NCBI RefSeq assembly: GCF_051810745.1
Contig: NZ_JBPWQX010000004.1
DNA length: 64,000 nt
Origin: Rhizobium sp. F40D2
Lineage (GTDB): Bacteria > Pseudomonadota > Alphaproteobacteria > Rhizobiales > Rhizobiaceae
Reading direction: 5' to 3' (one strand)
Part shown: positions 61,190 through 64,000 of the stretch, piece by piece
Numbering within the stretch: the stretch's first letter is position 1
Layout: the number at the start of each line of letters is the position of its first letter
Translations under genes and position numbers: made by a program
The notes under the pieces: generated by a model
Told to the model about the DNA's origin: nothing
Databases searched by the model: none
What the model saw: the letters and a program-made list of their open reading frames with translations, nothing else

Positions 61190-62089
61190 TTAGGCCGGTG
61201 CCACGCTGCCGATCGTCTGCCTGAGCTGACGTATGTCGCGCACCGGGGGTGCGCCGAATTGCCTGAGATATTCGCGACTGAATTGTGAGGCGCTTTCGTA
61301 ACCGACTGCGAAGGCGACGTCCGAAGCGGTTCGGTCGCCGGAGAGCAGCAGTTGTCGCGCCTCCTGCAATCGAAGCTGCTTCTGATACCGGATAGGGCTG
61401 AGCCCCGTCAGTGCCACGAAGTGGCGGTGCAGGCTGGCGCGGCTCATGCCGCTTGCGTCGCACAGCGCTTCGATCCGCAGCCGCCCGTTCTGGTGATCGC
61501 GAATCCATTCGACCGCACGCCGGATCCGGCCGAGTGCCCCCTCGGGTTGGGCGATATGGCGCAGCAGGCGTCCCTGCGGGCCTTGCAGGAGACGATAAAG
61601 CAATTCGCGTTCCGCCATCGGCGCCAGAACCGGAATGTCGGCCGGGGTGTCGAGCAACGCCAGCAGACGCAGCAGCGTGTCGCGCAGCGGTGGGGTCATC
61701 GCATTGATTGCGATGCCCATGCCAGGCGCATCGGCGTCGCGCACCGGCGGCATGGTGGACGCGACCTCGGCCAGCAATGCGGGATCGAGGACGAGCGACA
61801 CCGCGACATAGGGCCGGCCGCCATCGGCATCGTGGATCTGGCCGCTCAGCGGCAGATCCAGCGCGCTGACGAGATACTGCGAGGAGTCGTAGCGCAGCAG
61901 CGTGTCGTGGATCACCACATCCTTCGACCCCTGCAGGATGAAGCAGATCATCGAGCGGTACAGGCAAGGCGCCGTGCCTGATGTCGCTTGCCCCACGCCG
62001 ATCTCCAGTCGCTGGATCGGCGTAACGGTCATCCCCGATCGCGCGTGGCGCAGGGCAAGGTCGATATGCGGCTGGAGATGATCGGTCAT
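61190..62089 (-). CDS. AraC-family transcriptional regulator with N-terminal AraC-type ligand-binding domain
   Basis: C-terminal dual HTH (SGMSRASLHRHFVALTGLSPIRYQKQLRLQEARQLL...ASDVAFAVGYESASQFSREY). ATG at 62089. The track start is 62137. Confidence 0.7.
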   Translation of the reverse strand: MTDHLQPHIDLALRHARSGMTVTPIQRLEIGVGQATSGTAPCLYRSMICFILQGSKDVVIHDTLLRYDSSQYLVSALDLPLSGQIHDADGGRPYVAVSLVLDPALLAEVASTMPPVRDADAPGMGIAINAMTPPLRDTLLRLLALLDTPADIPVLAPMAERELLYRLLQGPQGRLLRHIAQPEGALGRIRRAVEWIRDHQNGRLRIEALCDASGMSRASLHRHFVALTGLSPIRYQKQLRLQEARQLLLSGDRTASDVAFAVGYESASQFSREYLRQFGAPPVRDIRQLRQTIGSVAPA

Positions 62090-62257
62090 CAGCCTTCTAT
62101 GGCATTGTTTTTCGAGCAAGCAAAGAGCTTGAGACAATCAGGCAATAGATTGAGAGCATTGGGCGGGCGGGCGCGGCGCGCTCTGCTTATCTGGTTGCAT
62201 CGGAACAACGCCGCAGCGGTGCGGCCTTCCGGAAAAACCATCCACGAAGGACAGACC

Positions 62258-63016
<759 letters not shown>

Positions 63017-63066
63017 CCACCGCGCCGCTCCTCCATCCGGAATTGCCGTCACACCGAGAGGCCATC

Positions 63067-63741
63067 ATGCCCGACCCCAGCCTGACACTCATCAGCCACC
63101 CGCTCTGCCCGTTCGTTCAACGCGCCGCGATCGTCCTTCTTGAGAAGGACGTGCCGTTCGAGCGGATCAACGTCGACCTCTCGGCCAAGCCCGACTGGTT
63201 CCTGGCGCTGTCGCCGACCGGCAAAGTACCGCTGCTCAAAGTGCACCAGACCGACGAGGGGGACGCCATCCTCTTCGAAAGCATGGTGATCTGCGAGTAT
63301 CTCGAGGAAACGCAGGGCGGCGCGCGCATGTATCCCGACGGTGCGCTGCTGCGCGCCCGGCAGCGCGCGTGGATCGAGTTCGCCACTCAGACCCTGGCCG
63401 ATGGCTGGCAATTTCTCAACGCCACCGATCCGGCGACCGCGGACGCCAAAGGGGCCGCGTTCCGCGACCGGCTCCGGAAGCTGGAAGCCGAGCTCGGGGC
63501 AGGCCCGTATTTCGCCGGCGCCGCCTTCGGCATGGTCGATGCGGTTTACGCCCCGCTCTTCCGCTATTTCGGGATCATCGATCCCGCGGTGTCGCAGGCG
63601 ATCTTCGAAGGCTTCCCGCGCGTCTCGACGTGGCGGGCGGCATTGGCGGCGCGCCCGAGCGTAGGGAATGCGGTGGTCGGGGACTATGCCGACCGCTTCC
63701 GCGCGCATCTGCGTCAGCATCAGGCTCTCCTTGCTGCCTGA
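63067..63741 (+). CDS. glutathione S-transferase
   Basis: GST N-terminal thioredoxin-like fold (HPLCPFVQRAAIVL) and a C-terminal helical domain. ATG at 63067 after GAGAGG. Confidence 0.75.
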   Translation: MPDPSLTLISHPLCPFVQRAAIVLLEKDVPFERINVDLSAKPDWFLALSPTGKVPLLKVHQTDEGDAILFESMVICEYLEETQGGARMYPDGALLRARQRAWIEFATQTLADGWQFLNATDPATADAKGAAFRDRLRKLEAELGAGPYFAGAAFGMVDAVYAPLFRYFGIIDPAVSQAIFEGFPRVSTWRAALAARPSVGNAVVGDYADRFRAHLRQHQALLAA

Positions 63742-63794
63742 CGCCGGGCGCAGGGGCGCGCACCCGAACACCATCCAAACAAAGGAACAACATC

Positions 63795-64000
63795 ATGACC
63801 GACCACGCAACCAACGAAGCCGGCGCCAGGAGCGCGCTGATCCTCATCGAATATCAGAACGACTGGCTGGCCCCCACCGGCGGCATCAACGGCCAGTTCC
63901 ACGACCGCGAACAGATCGACACCGCAGTCGCCAATTCGAAGAAGGTCCTCGAAGAAGCCCGCCGCCGCAACATCGAGATCATCCACGTCAGGATGGTGCT
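63795..64000 (+). CDS. isochorismatase-family cysteine hydrolase (3' end outside the window)
   Basis: The N-terminus ALILIEYQNDW...IIHVRM is typical of isochorismatase-like hydrolases. AAAGGAA precedes the start. Confidence 0.55.
   Translation, partial: MTDHATNEAGARSALILIEYQNDWLAPTGGINGQFHDREQIDTAVANSKKVLEEARRRNIEIIHVRMV

Overview
High-GC (~62%) alpha-proteobacterial DNA of Rhizobium/Agrobacterium type, densely coding and made up mostly of accessory metabolic, transport and regulatory genes. No rRNA, complete tRNA or CRISPR array was seen. Intergenic starts were read directly from the sequence, and the ORF track's 'M' is often a GTG or TTG start.

Recognisable modules, from start to end:
- **Window edge:** a partial transposase-like HTH N-terminus on the minus strand, next to a perfect 16-bp tandem direct repeat.
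- **blh-bigR operon (0.67–3.9 kb):** the BigR/Blh H2S-sulfite detoxification operon (blh, bigR, two YeeE/YedE genes, tauE), with 4-nt start/stop overlaps and an AT-rich promoter.
- **Signalling cluster:** a DUF1206 membrane protein, an MHYT-GGDEF-EAL c-di-GMP sensor, and a convergent GAF-histidine kinase with a LuxR-type response regulator.
- **Transport and hydrolysis (9.9–15.3 kb, 16.8–21.7 kb):** a ribose-type sugar ABC system with a gluconolactonase, and a polar amino-acid ABC system with an M20 amidohydrolase.
- **NHEJ ligases:** a stand-alone ATP-dependent ligase (LigC-like) at 15.7–16.8 kb and a full LigD (PE-Lig-Pol) at 42.9–45.5 kb. No Ku gene lies in the window.
- **gamma-resorcylate catabolic cluster (23–30.4 kb):** gra-type genes for hydroxyquinol dioxygenase, maleylacetate reductase, gamma-RSD decarboxylase, a two-component resorcinol hydroxylase, a MarR regulator and an MFS transporter. 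A MocR regulator sits next to it, and putative operators recur in its promoters.
- **Mid-window singletons:** a flotillin-like SPFH gene, a NUDIX gene preceded by an unannotated Cys-rich micro-ORF, and RidA, TetR and peroxiredoxin-like genes.
- **Sugar ABC and MOSC/hydrolase genes:** two further UgpC-type sugar ABC systems, an SLC13 permease, a DUF606 pair, a MOSC-FAD-2Fe2S oxidoreductase, a dienelactone hydrolase and a Gfo/Idh/MocA oxidoreductase.
- **Window end:** AraC, SDR, GST and isochorismatase genes.

The most novel-looking element is a lower-GC islet at 58.3–61.0 kb carrying a KAP-family P-loop NTPase and a 241-aa protein with no recognisable domain. It is wedged between an ABC operon and an AraC gene beside an out-of-context gene fragment, and is a candidate horizontally acquired (possibly defence) module.

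Four genes (a substrate-binding protein, the flotillin-like gene, a UgpC-like ATPase and the KAP NTPase) each carry a single-base frame slip inside a homopolymer run. The pattern looks systematic rather than like true pseudogenisation.
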